The translations under genes and the position numbers were made by a program. A stretch of DNA of 64,000 nucleotides. Source: Obrimoposthia wandeli (taxonomy: Eukaryota). The notes under the pieces were generated by a model. It made no database searches and had not been told where the DNA came from. It worked only from the letters and a program-made list of their open reading frames with translations. The DNA is taken from the NCBI GenBank assembly GCA_977020255.1, contig CDROCS010002422.1, positions 62,001-126,000 on the forward strand. Reading direction: 5' to 3'. Positions 39,437-49,037 of the stretch are shown piece after piece. Position 1 is the first letter of the stretch, and every line of letters starts with the position of its first letter.

Positions 39437-40639
39437 ATGAGTATTGAGAAAACTCATTTTGATAAAACCTCGGCTGAAAAAAAATCTATAGGTTTCGATT
39501 ATCAATACTATTTCTTTTTGTGGAAAGTACTATCCCTTGAATACGGGCAGTCTGTCGGGCTAGAAGTTAAGGATGATGTTCATACTGAGTTGAATAATAG
39601 CACCCAAATACTCTATCAACTAAAGCATACTATAAGTAAAAAAGCCGACGGGAAGCCTATTAATCTAACGTCTTTAGATAAGGATTTATGGAAAACACTT
39701 TCTAATTGGATACAGGTGATTCAGGACCCTGCGGATGGAAGAAGCTCAAAAAGAGATCAAATAGAATTCATAAATAAAACTAGTTTTGTATTAGCAACCA
39801 ACAAATCATCCTCTAAATCTAATGATTTAGTGAATGCCATTTCAAGTTTTCAAAGTGGATCTAACTCAATAGAAGCTTTTAACGACTCTATAAATACACT
39901 ACTTTTGAACGCGAAAAGCAATACAATTATCGAATACATCACCAGAGTTATAAAAGTTAATAGTGATGTATTGTCTGAATTTATAAATAAAATTTATTTT
40001 GAGCTTGGTGAAGATGAAATAATTAATAAATGTAAAAATGCAATAAAGGCAGACAAGGTTCCAGAAAATAAAATCAACAGTGTATACACTTCATTAGACT
40101 CGATCATAAGAGAAGATAATTTCATAAATATTAAAAAAGGAAAAAAGATTCAAATTTCCTTTGATGACTTTTATAAAAGATATCGTAAGTACTACGATAT
40201 AGCGAGAAGCTGTACTTTATCAATTAACTCGTTTATTGGCCGTTTACCATCCAAAATGGAAGATCAAACATTCATAAGACAGCTACTAGAAATTCAGGAT
40301 GTTGATATCGCACATTTTGAGGATATTGCTGAGTTTACTACCCAAAGGTTAAAGCTTGTAAATAATATTGAAACTTGGCGTTCAGAAGGGTTACTTACCA
40401 CCGAAGAGATTGAACAGTTCCACGTAAACGCTATTCTTTGGTGGAAAAACGAACACAGGAGACAAATGAGAACTCCTGATGGAGGTAGCGCTCTCCAAGT
40501 GTTAGATTCTGCGAGGGTAAAAGAATTAACTATTTCAGGAGTTAGCTTGGGTTTGGAACTATCGAATGGATCGTTTTATGAACTTTCAAATATTCCACGT
40601 ATTGGCTGGAGAAAAGATTGGGTGAAGTATAAATCATGA
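39437..40639 (+). CDS. lmuA: Lamassu/ABC-3C effector: Cap4-like nuclease plus C-terminal domain
   Basis: SIGFDYQY...VGLEVKDDVH...ILYQLKH nuclease motifs; C-terminal FYELSN..RIGW.KDW; coupled to the next two genes by 4-nt overlaps. Confidence 0.75.
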   Translation: MSIEKTHFDKTSAEKKSIGFDYQYYFFLWKVLSLEYGQSVGLEVKDDVHTELNNSTQILYQLKHTISKKADGKPINLTSLDKDLWKTLSNWIQVIQDPADGRSSKRDQIEFINKTSFVLATNKSSSKSNDLVNAISSFQSGSNSIEAFNDSINTLLLNAKSNTIIEYITRVIKVNSDVLSEFINKIYFELGEDEIINKCKNAIKADKVPENKINSVYTSLDSIIREDNFINIKKGKKIQISFDDFYKRYRKYYDIARSCTLSINSFIGRLPSKMEDQTFIRQLLEIQDVDIAHFEDIAEFTTQRLKLVNNIETWRSEGLLTTEEIEQFHVNAILWWKNEHRRQMRTPDGGSALQVLDSARVKELTISGVSLGLELSNGSFYELSNIPRIGWRKDWVKYKS

Positions 40640-41079
40640 GTTTGAGTATTTATAATAATTTTGGGACAGGTGCTTTAGCAATAGTTGCTGTGTTAAACGA
40701 GTGTAAATCATTACCTATTGCTAAAGTGACTTTGATTTTTCCAATCATATCTCATTCTGACCTTCTAAATTACTTAAGCCATTCATCAGCAAAAGTTAAG
40801 AGTTTAGATAAATTAATTGTTGAAAAAACTATGTGCTTCTCTAATTTTAATAAGCGCTATTACGATTCTCTATCTAGCACTTTCAATGCCCTACAATATC
40901 TACATGATCTAGGTTACGTGGAGTTTACAGAGAATGAAATCTACTTAATAAAGCCTGTAGAATATTCTCCAACCATGGGTAAGCGCACAAAAAAAATCTT
41001 CTTGGCTTCTAAAAATTTAAGCTCGATTCTAAATGATCTGGTTGAGAAGCTATACCTAAATTTAAGGATTGAGTTGTGA
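40636..41079 (+). CDS. lmuC: ABC-3C middle component
   Basis: 147 aa gene between effector and ATPase (IYNNFGTG..AI...KSLPIAK..LIFPII). Confidence 0.75.
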   Translation: MSLSIYNNFGTGALAIVAVLNECKSLPIAKVTLIFPIISHSDLLNYLSHSSAKVKSLDKLIVEKTMCFSNFNKRYYDSLSSTFNALQYLHDLGYVEFTENEIYLIKPVEYSPTMGKRTKKIFLASKNLSSILNDLVEKLYLNLRIEL

Positions 41080-43029
41080 AGTTTAATATAGAAAAAATTA
41101 TTCTCTGGTTACGGAATGGAAAACGTAGAGAAATAAAATTTCTCCCTAACAAAGTCAATGTAATTACAGGTGATAGTAATACAGGTAAAACTGCTATTTT
41201 AGAAATTATTGATTATTGTTTCTTTGCATCTAAATCGAAAATTTCTGAAAGTATGATCAATGAAAACATTGGCTGGTATGGATTGACATTCAATATTAAT
41301 GATAAAAGATACACTATCGCAAGAAAGAGTTTGGATAACACAAAAGTATCCAACGAGTACTATTTTTCATCTATTGGTGAAAGTCCAGCCCAGCTGGAAG
41401 CAAATAATACAAGCGATGCAATAAAAACATTATTAGAGAATGAGTTTTCTATTGATAGAAAAGTTTCAGTATCTTACGGTAGTAATATTATTAGACCTGG
41501 TTCAAAAATATCTTTAAGGTATTTCTTATTATTTAATACCATATCTGGCAATATTATAGAAAGCGACTCTGGAATATTTTTTGATAAACAAAATGAAGCT
41601 AGATACAGAGATGCCCTACCTAGGATATTTGATTTAGCCGTAGGTATTGAAACTGTAGAAAATATTTTAAAAAAGGAAAAACAGGTAGATCTACAAAAGA
41701 AAATAAACGCCTTACTTAAAGCAAGCAAAATAATTTCAGATAAATCGACTGCGTTTAAATCAGAAAAAGAAAGTTTGATTAAAAAATCAAAAGAATTTTC
41801 TATAATACCAGAAGAACTAGACTTTGACTCCTCTATTAATAGACTTAAGGAAGAAATCAGCAATACCGATAAAAAACCTAACAACATAGGTTCACGAAGT
41901 GAACTAGAAAAAGAGTATTATATTTTAGAAAGAAAAATCAGGAATTTAAAATCATTTTCAAAAGAACATGCTTCTTTTAAGAAAAACCTTATTAACATCG
42001 AAGACAGCCTAAAGCCTATACAATTTTTAAAAGAAAGAGATAGCGAACTTCTAAAAACTTCAGTATTCGAAGATTTGCTGGAGTCCTATGCTAAAGAATT
42101 ACATGAAATAAAAGTAGCCAGAAAAAATAAAACTCCTATAGACAGGCAGGTTACCGATGCTATTGAAGAATATGAGAGTAGATTAAAAACATTACGGACG
42201 ACATTATTAATACTGCCGACCAGAGCCAAGAGCTTCGAAAACGAAAAATCTAAGTATATGTTCTTAGGGGAAGTAAAAGCTAAGCTAAATATTTTTTCTG
42301 ATAATAAAGATTCAATATTAACCAAAACAGATGATAAAATCGAAGTTTTAAGAGAAAATAATACTGAACTTTCTAATTCAGTCGGACTCTATTATGCTGC
42401 ATACAGCCGACTAGCAGCAAGCATCATACTAAGCATGAAGTTAAAAATCAACTAGTGAATTAAACAGCTCTCCCAGAATATAGAAATCATGATATCTAGC
42501 AGCTAAAGCCATCGAGATATCTAGTAAAAACCTGTTTTTGAATAAATAAAACAAACTCTGATGACGAAAGCACAAGTCTCTTGTTGTCTTGGAGATTACG
42601 AAAGCCAAGCAGTAAAAATCATATGGAAGCAGTTACTAATTTATTTCTCTACTGATAAAAATCTTTTTTTAACTCAAGAAGTCAACTAACTGAAGCATCT
42701 TGCAAGAAGTAGCTCTCCTACGTAAATCTACCTTTTAAATGCAAGTAGCTTTGCCATATTTAGTTATTGATCAACCTAGTCGTCCATATTATGGGGAAGA
42801 CCCTACATCAAAAAGAGCTAACATAGATCATAGCGATGAAACTAAAATCACCAAAGCATTCGAATTGTTAAATAATTTCATCCAAACAAGAAGAGATAAC
42901 GACTCTGAATTTCAGATGATTATTTTTGAGCATGTACCTACACGCATATTTGATGGTTTTGATAACATTCATGTCGTTGAAGAATTTCGAGATGGTAATG
43001 CTTTAATTCCCGAATGTTTGTTGAGCTAA
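41076..43029 (+). pseudogene. lmuB: Lamassu SMC-like ABC ATPase (DUF3732), broken by an anomalous segment
   Basis: Walker A ITGDSNTGKT and coiled coil in 41076-42455; Walker B YLVIDQPSRPYY and IIFEH in 42739-43029, in a different frame. Confidence 0.8.
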
Positions 43030-43122
43030 AAATACTTCAAGCTACTTGATCTTATATTACTGATGCCATGACAACACTATTACAGATATTGAACCTTTAA
43101 TCCTACTGAGGCCTTTGTTAAT

Positions 43123-45247
43123 ATGGAGTTTATATTACTTCCTAGTAATTCCGCGATACCAAGCTCAAACACAAGTACTGCTTTTCTAAAAATTGATAAC
43201 TGGAACGATTACTCATTTGTAACCCAGTTTTCATTAAGCGTCCGAGATGAAAAAGGAGTTTTGCATAATATAGGAAAATTGAAGATAGGTTTTAAAGGAC
43301 AGACTATAGAAAAATCGACCCATGGTGAGTTAGAGAGTAACTTCACGACATTATCGGGCAATTTTTTTTCAGCTGGTAATTCAGTAGACTATTACAACAC
43401 TTTGAATTTATTATCTGAAACTCTAAAAAACAACATACTAAACTCGTTACGCGACTTATCATATATACCTTCGTTGATAGAATATGTGAAAGGAGAAACT
43501 GTTTTTAAACATTCTCTTCTAAGAGATATTAGTTTGACAACGTTAAAGGGGAAATACGCAAGAGTAATCGCTAGAATGCCTGAGTTAAGCAATTTTAACT
43601 TTTCTTTTAAGCGCTTAGCATCTGAAGATTTAGCCTCTATTGATCTTGATTTTAAGGTTACTGAAAATTCAAAACCAAGCACTAATATACATGCATTAAT
43701 AGGAAGAAATGGATCAGGTAAAACAACGATTATAAAAAATCTCGGCCGCAAGCGACCGAGTTTGTAGAACAGCCCGAGCTGCTTACTATTTAATTCACTT
43801 TGTTCATGACCAATAGTTATTCGAACATATTTTCGTATTACTTCTTCTGCTAGCATTTCCAATTGTTTCCACGAAATAACTTTTGAGTCCACAGCTTCCT
43901 CCCCAGAAATACTTCTTTATAGCGGGGTGTAATCGAAAAACTCTTGAGCCAAAATACTTTTAAATACTTGCATCACATAAGATGGTGCTATTTTTGGATT
44001 TGTTCGCACTACCATATGAATATGATCAATAGGAATTTCAAGCTCTATAATTTCTATATCATAGTCATATCCAATTTTTTGGATAATCGCTTAAGATCAG
44101 CTCTAATGGCTCAACAAATACTTTATGGCGATACTTTGGAATCCAAACAAAAATGATACATTAATCTGAAAAAACATGGTGTGAATTTCGATACTCATAA
44201 GCTGAATATTCTTACAATGACTTCGTCATTGTACGCTATCCAGCTCGGGGGCAAGCCCCCGAGATTTACGCTATGCGGTTAAACGGAATGATTAAATCCA
44301 TCACCAATAAAACTGATACTTTGGGTCAATTTATTGATAAAGATTCAGATGAAAGCTTACCAATAACTGATGATTATTTCAGTAGATTAGTATCTGTTTC
44401 ATTCAGTGCATTTGATCCTTTTGAGCCTCCAAAAGAACAGTCAGACCCATCGAAAGGAACTTGCTACTTCTATGTAGGTTTAAAGAATATTAATGGTGAT
44501 GATTCCCTAAGAACAATTTCTGAATTAAGATTTGAATTCGTAAAGAATATCATTCACTGCTTTATGAATAAAACTAAAGAAAAGTCATGGCTTTCTGCAA
44601 TTAATAAACTTGGATCAGACGATAATTTTTCATCAATGAATTTAAGCAAGTTGAAAGATGAGTACTATAAATTTAAAGATATAGTTAATGCTACACAACC
44701 AGATGAAGATGGCTTTAGAGATGCTTTTTTACATCATATTGAAGATGAATTATCAAACATGAGCTCTGGGCATGCGATTGTTTTGTTCACCATTACTAAA
44801 CTTGTAGCTACTGTTGAGGAAAAAACTCTTGTACTAATCGATGAGCCTGAGGGTCATTTACATCCTCCTTTGCTTTCTTCATTCATAAGAGCACTCAGTG
44901 AATTACTATATGATCAGAATGGAGTGGCAATTATTGCAACCCACTCACCTGTTGTTATGCAAGAGATACCACAATCTTGTGCTTGGATCATAAATCGTTT
45001 TGGTCATGCTTTAACACCTTACCGACCTAAATTAGAAACTTTTGGCGAAAACGTAGGGATTTTAACTCGTGAGGTTTTCGGTTTAGAAGTTACAAACTCT
45101 GGATACCATGACATATTGCATAAGTCAGTGCAGAGCGGGGGGACTTATCAGGAAATATTAGAGGCCTATGATAACCAGCTAGGATTAGAAGCAAGAGCAA
45201 TACTAAAATCAATGGTGTTATTTCGAGATAGCGAGTTACAAAAATGA
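43123..45247 (+). pseudogene. ptuA: Septu PtuA-like AAA ATPase split by IS200
   Basis: Removing 43732-44278 gives in-frame GRNGSGKTTI|LNGMIK; C-half has LIDEPEGHLHPPLL and ATHSPVV. Confidence 0.85.
43732..44278 (-). mobile_element. tnpA: IS200/IS605-family element (tnpA only, frameshifted), 547 bp
   Basis: Fragments YHFVWIPKYRHK, DHIHMVV (HUH), YFWGGKLWTQSYFV, EEVIRKYV; subterminal hairpins ctcggccgcaagcgaccgag (43741) and ctcgggggcaagcccccgag (44244). Confidence 0.92.
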
Positions 45248-46134
45248 GAATGCTATCTAAACCACCGTATAGTCTAACAGACGTACTTCACAAATGTACT
45301 GAGGGTATGGCTAAAGATAGTACTAAAGCGCCATTCTTAAATGCCTTAAATAACCTTATCGAAAAGGGCGACGAGTACCTTTTATATGGCCAAGATGGCC
45401 AACTCTATAGAATTCCATATTCAGGGAAACCTAACAATACAGAAATCATTGTTAGGCCATTGTCTAAAAAGACACTGATAGGGCTTTATGAGAATTATTT
45501 AAGGAGCAAAAAAAATCCAGCACGGATAATATGGGAAGAACTTATTGCTTCTGCCAAAGAAAGCTGCCCTTTTTGTGGCGATATAGGGCGACCTACAAAC
45601 TTGGACCATTTCTTACCAAAAGCTCATTTTCCTCAGTTTTCTATCTTACCTATAAACCTTATACCATCATGTTCAGACTGCAACTCTGGTGAAAAAGGTA
45701 ATGATTTTACTTTAACAGCACAAGACCAAATTATTCACCCATACCTAGATAAAAGTCATTTCTTTGAAGAGCAATGGGTAACTGCTAAATATATAAATGA
45801 AGATGAAGGGGCTATTGTGTACTCTGTAAACCCGCCTGCAGATTGGAACATAGATGACAAAGCCAGAGTTGAAGAGCATTTTAAATCTTTAAATTTAGCC
45901 AAAAGATATAGTATTGAAGCAGCGAGTCACTTGAGCGAAATAATAAGCCTAAGAAACGCTTCTTACTCTAGCACAAGAAAGCTAATTCCAAATATAGAAG
46001 AGTCATCTTTAATTACTCACTTTTTAGATACAACTATTACTCCTATATCGACTGGACCATTATTTGCTAACCATTGGAAAAAAACAATGTACGCTACCTT
46101 AGCTAACACTGAAGAGTTTCTAAAACCTAGATAG
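45244..46134 (+). CDS. ptuB: HNH endonuclease (Septu PtuB-like)
   Basis: CPFCG...LDHFLPK..FP.FSILP.NLIPSCSDCN, IIHPYLD; overlaps the ATPase stop. Confidence 0.85.
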   Translation: MRMLSKPPYSLTDVLHKCTEGMAKDSTKAPFLNALNNLIEKGDEYLLYGQDGQLYRIPYSGKPNNTEIIVRPLSKKTLIGLYENYLRSKKNPARIIWEELIASAKESCPFCGDIGRPTNLDHFLPKAHFPQFSILPINLIPSCSDCNSGEKGNDFTLTAQDQIIHPYLDKSHFFEEQWVTAKYINEDEGAIVYSVNPPADWNIDDKARVEEHFKSLNLAKRYSIEAASHLSEIISLRNASYSSTRKLIPNIEESSLITHFLDTTITPISTGPLFANHWKKTMYATLANTEEFLKPR

Positions 46135-46377
46135 AGTTATTAGCAGTTGCATTTAAATACAGGCTCCCTAACTATTCTTTATAATTGCTAGAAACACAGT
46201 AATACAACCTCTATTGGAAAATCAAATTCCTAAAAAACACCAAAAACCGCTACAACCCATACCCGACTATGCCTAGAAGATTCCAAACTTTTCTGAACTC
46301 AGTTCAAGTACAGTTTGGAAATTACACTCACAAAAAATCAAAAAACACCTCAAAACTCTTTACCTTAAAAGAAAAAC

Positions 46378-46395
46378 GTACTATCGTACTAGTAC
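46378..46395. promoter_or_regulatory. TrpR operator
   Basis: GTACT-N8-AGTAC, same geometry as E. coli trp GAACT-N8-AGTAC, directly before the trpR ATG. Confidence 0.75.
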
Positions 46396-46677
46396 ATGAA
46401 TACACTATACCGAAAACAAGTTCTCGCATTGCTCTGTAACATCGATAACCACGATGAAATGGCGGCCGCCCTCGATATCCTGCTCACTGATAAAGAACAG
46501 CAAGATGTTGATCAGCGCCTGCAAATATTTCATATGTTGGAAACCCAAGTACCACAACGGGAAATATCCACTAAGCTCGGCGTGGGGATTGCCACCGTGA
46601 CGCGAGGTGCTAAAGCGATGCGCACAGACAGCTATAAGACCATTGCACAATTACTGCGCTCGGTGATACAGCGTTAA
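46396..46677 (+). CDS. trpR: Trp repressor
   Basis: LLTDKEQ....RLQI...L...PQREI...LGVGIATVTRG. Confidence 0.85.
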   Translation: MNTLYRKQVLALLCNIDNHDEMAAALDILLTDKEQQDVDQRLQIFHMLETQVPQREISTKLGVGIATVTRGAKAMRTDSYKTIAQLLRSVIQR

Positions 46678-46840
46678 AAACAAGCTCAAACTCCTCATTT
46701 ATAATTATAAACTGCGGATTTTCGCTTATTTTTGCCTTGCCTCACCTTCCCTCGCTACTTCGTGCAAAGCTCTTAATACATAAAACACACCGATAAATTG
46801 GCTCACTGTTGTAAAGACGCTGAGTAAAAATAGGTTAAAC

Positions 46841-48235
46841 ATGATCACTAAACCACTGCCGAAGATTGAGTTACCCGGCAAGCCCACATATTTAAAATTG
46901 ACTGAAGATTTTGACTTTTTTCAGCTGTTTCGCAGTATCGAAGCTAAATACGATAACTGCTTTATCTTAGAATCTCTCGGTGAAGAGAGCTATGTTTCAC
47001 GCCACCATATAATCGGTTTTGACCCTGAGCAAACCTTGTATGCCAAAGATTATAAAACCTTATGTATTCAAGATAATGCCACCGGTATTGTAGAAGAATA
47101 TCCTTGCGATAACCCCTACTATGAGCTGCGCAAAATAGTACCGCAAAACATTATTTCCAAACGCTATGCCGGCGGGATTGTCGGCTATTTAGGTTATGAT
47201 GCGGTTAACTTCTTTGAACCTAAGTTGAATGTTCAGCCAAGTGATTTATTTCAGCCATTTAAGTTTGGTGTGTATAAAGACGGCCTTGTTTACGATCATA
47301 TGACAGGGGAAATCTTTTACTATTATTACACTGATAACCGCTTTGCAGAGGTTGAGTCACTGCTGCATTTAGCGCAGCAGCCTTATGGTGATACTAGCAC
47401 TGTGTGCCTAGGCGATTCTATGTCTCGTGAAGAGCATGAAGCCTCGGTATTAAAGGTAAAGCAAGATATTATCAACGGCCGTATTTTTCAGACGGAAGTC
47501 GGTTTTAAAACCCGCTATAAAATTAAGGGCGATTGCACACAGCTTTATGCAAAATTGCGTGAAGTTAACCCGTCCCCTTATATGTATTACATGAAGTTTG
47601 GCGAGCAGAAAATCATTGGTGCTTCACCTGAATTACTGTTTCGCTTAAGCGATGGCGAAATGGAAACCTTTCCACTGGCAGGCACAGCAAAACGCGGTGC
47701 TAATGCGGCTGAAGATACGCAATTAGCGCGTGCCTTGCTCAATGATCCTAAAGAGATTGCCGAGCATAATATGCTGGTTGATTTGCATCGCAATGATATT
47801 GGCCGCGTGGCTAAATTTGGCACCGTGACTGTGCGTAATTTAATGTCGATTAAACGCTATTCACACGTGCAGCATATCTCTACTGAGATCTTCGGCATTA
47901 TGGCGGATAAAGAAGATATGTTTTCAGCACTGGCTTCTAACTTCCCGGCGGGCACTTTATCGGGTGCGCCTAAAATGGAAGCGATGAAGATCATTGATGA
48001 GCTTGAACCTGATGGTCGCGGCCCTTATGGTGGCGCGTTAGGCGAGTTTAGTTTTAACGGTGATTGCACCTTTGCTATTCCTATTCGCACCGTGTTTATC
48101 AATGGCGAAGAGGGTTATGCACAAACCAGTGGCGGTAATGTTTACGATTCTAACGCTGCGGATGAGTATTTAGAAATTCAACGAAAATTATCTGCTATGC
48201 GCAAAGTGCTAGCCTATTTTGAGGAGGCGAAATAA
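46841..48235 (+). CDS. trpE: Anthranilate synthase component I
   Basis: LESLG, NPSPYMY, PLAGTAKRG, EIAEHNMLVDLHRND, FPAGTLSGAPK; linked to trpR with its operator. Confidence 0.85.
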   Translation: MITKPLPKIELPGKPTYLKLTEDFDFFQLFRSIEAKYDNCFILESLGEESYVSRHHIIGFDPEQTLYAKDYKTLCIQDNATGIVEEYPCDNPYYELRKIVPQNIISKRYAGGIVGYLGYDAVNFFEPKLNVQPSDLFQPFKFGVYKDGLVYDHMTGEIFYYYYTDNRFAEVESLLHLAQQPYGDTSTVCLGDSMSREEHEASVLKVKQDIINGRIFQTEVGFKTRYKIKGDCTQLYAKLREVNPSPYMYYMKFGEQKIIGASPELLFRLSDGEMETFPLAGTAKRGANAAEDTQLARALLNDPKEIAEHNMLVDLHRNDIGRVAKFGTVTVRNLMSIKRYSHVQHISTEIFGIMADKEDMFSALASNFPAGTLSGAPKMEAMKIIDELEPDGRGPYGGALGEFSFNGDCTFAIPIRTVFINGEEGYAQTSGGNVYDSNAADEYLEIQRKLSAMRKVLAYFEEAK

Positions 48236-48885
48236 TGCGCGTTTTAATCATTGATAATTACGATTCTTTTACCTTTAATTTGTATCAGTACGTGGGCGAC
48301 ATTTTATCGCGTGAGCTTGAAGGGCAAACCTTTGAAGTGGTTGTGAAACGCAACGATGAAATTGGCTTAGATGAAATTCGACAACTCGCTTTTGATCGCA
48401 TCATTATTTCCCCAGGCCCTGGTACACCTGAAGATATTGCCTATTTTGGCATTTGTTCGCAAGTGATTAAAAAGCTTGGGGTTCACACGCCAGTATTAGG
48501 CGTTTGCCTAGGTATGCAAGGTATTGCGCACTGTTTTGGCGCTAAAGTGGTACTGGCCGGTGTGCCAATGCACGGTAAAGTATCGCCTATCAAACACGAT
48601 GAGCAAGGGGTGTATCAAGGGGTTCCACAACAGCTTGAAATTATGCGCTATCACTCGTTAATGGTGGATGTAAATACTTTGCCAGAGTGTTTAGAAATCA
48701 CTTCGGTGATTGATGATGAATACGCGGTTGGCACAAGTGACTTTAAACAAGCCGCACTTAACGGCAGTGAAATAATGGGCGTAAGGCACGTTGATTACCC
48801 TATTGAAGGCATACAGTACCATCCTGAATCCTTTGCCACTGAAGGCGGAAAAACCTTATTGAAAAATTTTTTATTACATAGATGA
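48235..48885 (+). CDS. trpG: Anthranilate synthase component II (glutamine amidotransferase)
   Basis: IDNYDSFT, ISPGPG, GVCLG, RYHSL, QYHPES. Confidence 0.9.
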   Translation: MRVLIIDNYDSFTFNLYQYVGDILSRELEGQTFEVVVKRNDEIGLDEIRQLAFDRIIISPGPGTPEDIAYFGICSQVIKKLGVHTPVLGVCLGMQGIAHCFGAKVVLAGVPMHGKVSPIKHDEQGVYQGVPQQLEIMRYHSLMVDVNTLPECLEITSVIDDEYAVGTSDFKQAALNGSEIMGVRHVDYPIEGIQYHPESFATEGGKTLLKNFLLHR

Positions 48886-48890
48886 TTTGG

Positions 48891-48946
48891 GTCGTGAGTC
48901 GTGAGTCGTGAGTCGTGAGTCGTGAGTCGTGAGTCGTGAGTCGTGA
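48891..48946. repeat. Heptamer VNTR (GTCGTGA)x8
   Basis: Eight perfect units, then a hairpin CGTGAGTAT-N8-ATACTCACG. Confidence 0.98.
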
Positions 48947-49037
48947 GTATTTTTTTTCATACTCACGTTGCTCGCTACTTTTTTGTTGCTTCTTTTTCGC
49001 GCAACTCGCCACTTTCTTACTCGCTACTGTTGTTAAC

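Noticed and set aside
42350-42750. IS or MITE insertion in lmuB
   Set aside because: No inverted ends, target duplication or transposase; the flanks cannot be rejoined into a complete ATPase; reverse, complement and reverse-complement readings did not restore the missing protein
43392-43892. 166 aa minus-strand ORF as a real gene
   Set aside because: Chimera of an IS200 tnpA tail and antisense ATPase sequence
43123-46134. Retron (Ec78-type) system
   Set aside because: PtuAB-like genes are present but no reverse transcriptase or msr-msd is visible nearby
35375-46200. Prophage or integrative element
   Set aside because: No integrase, structural genes, tRNA target or flanking att repeats in the window
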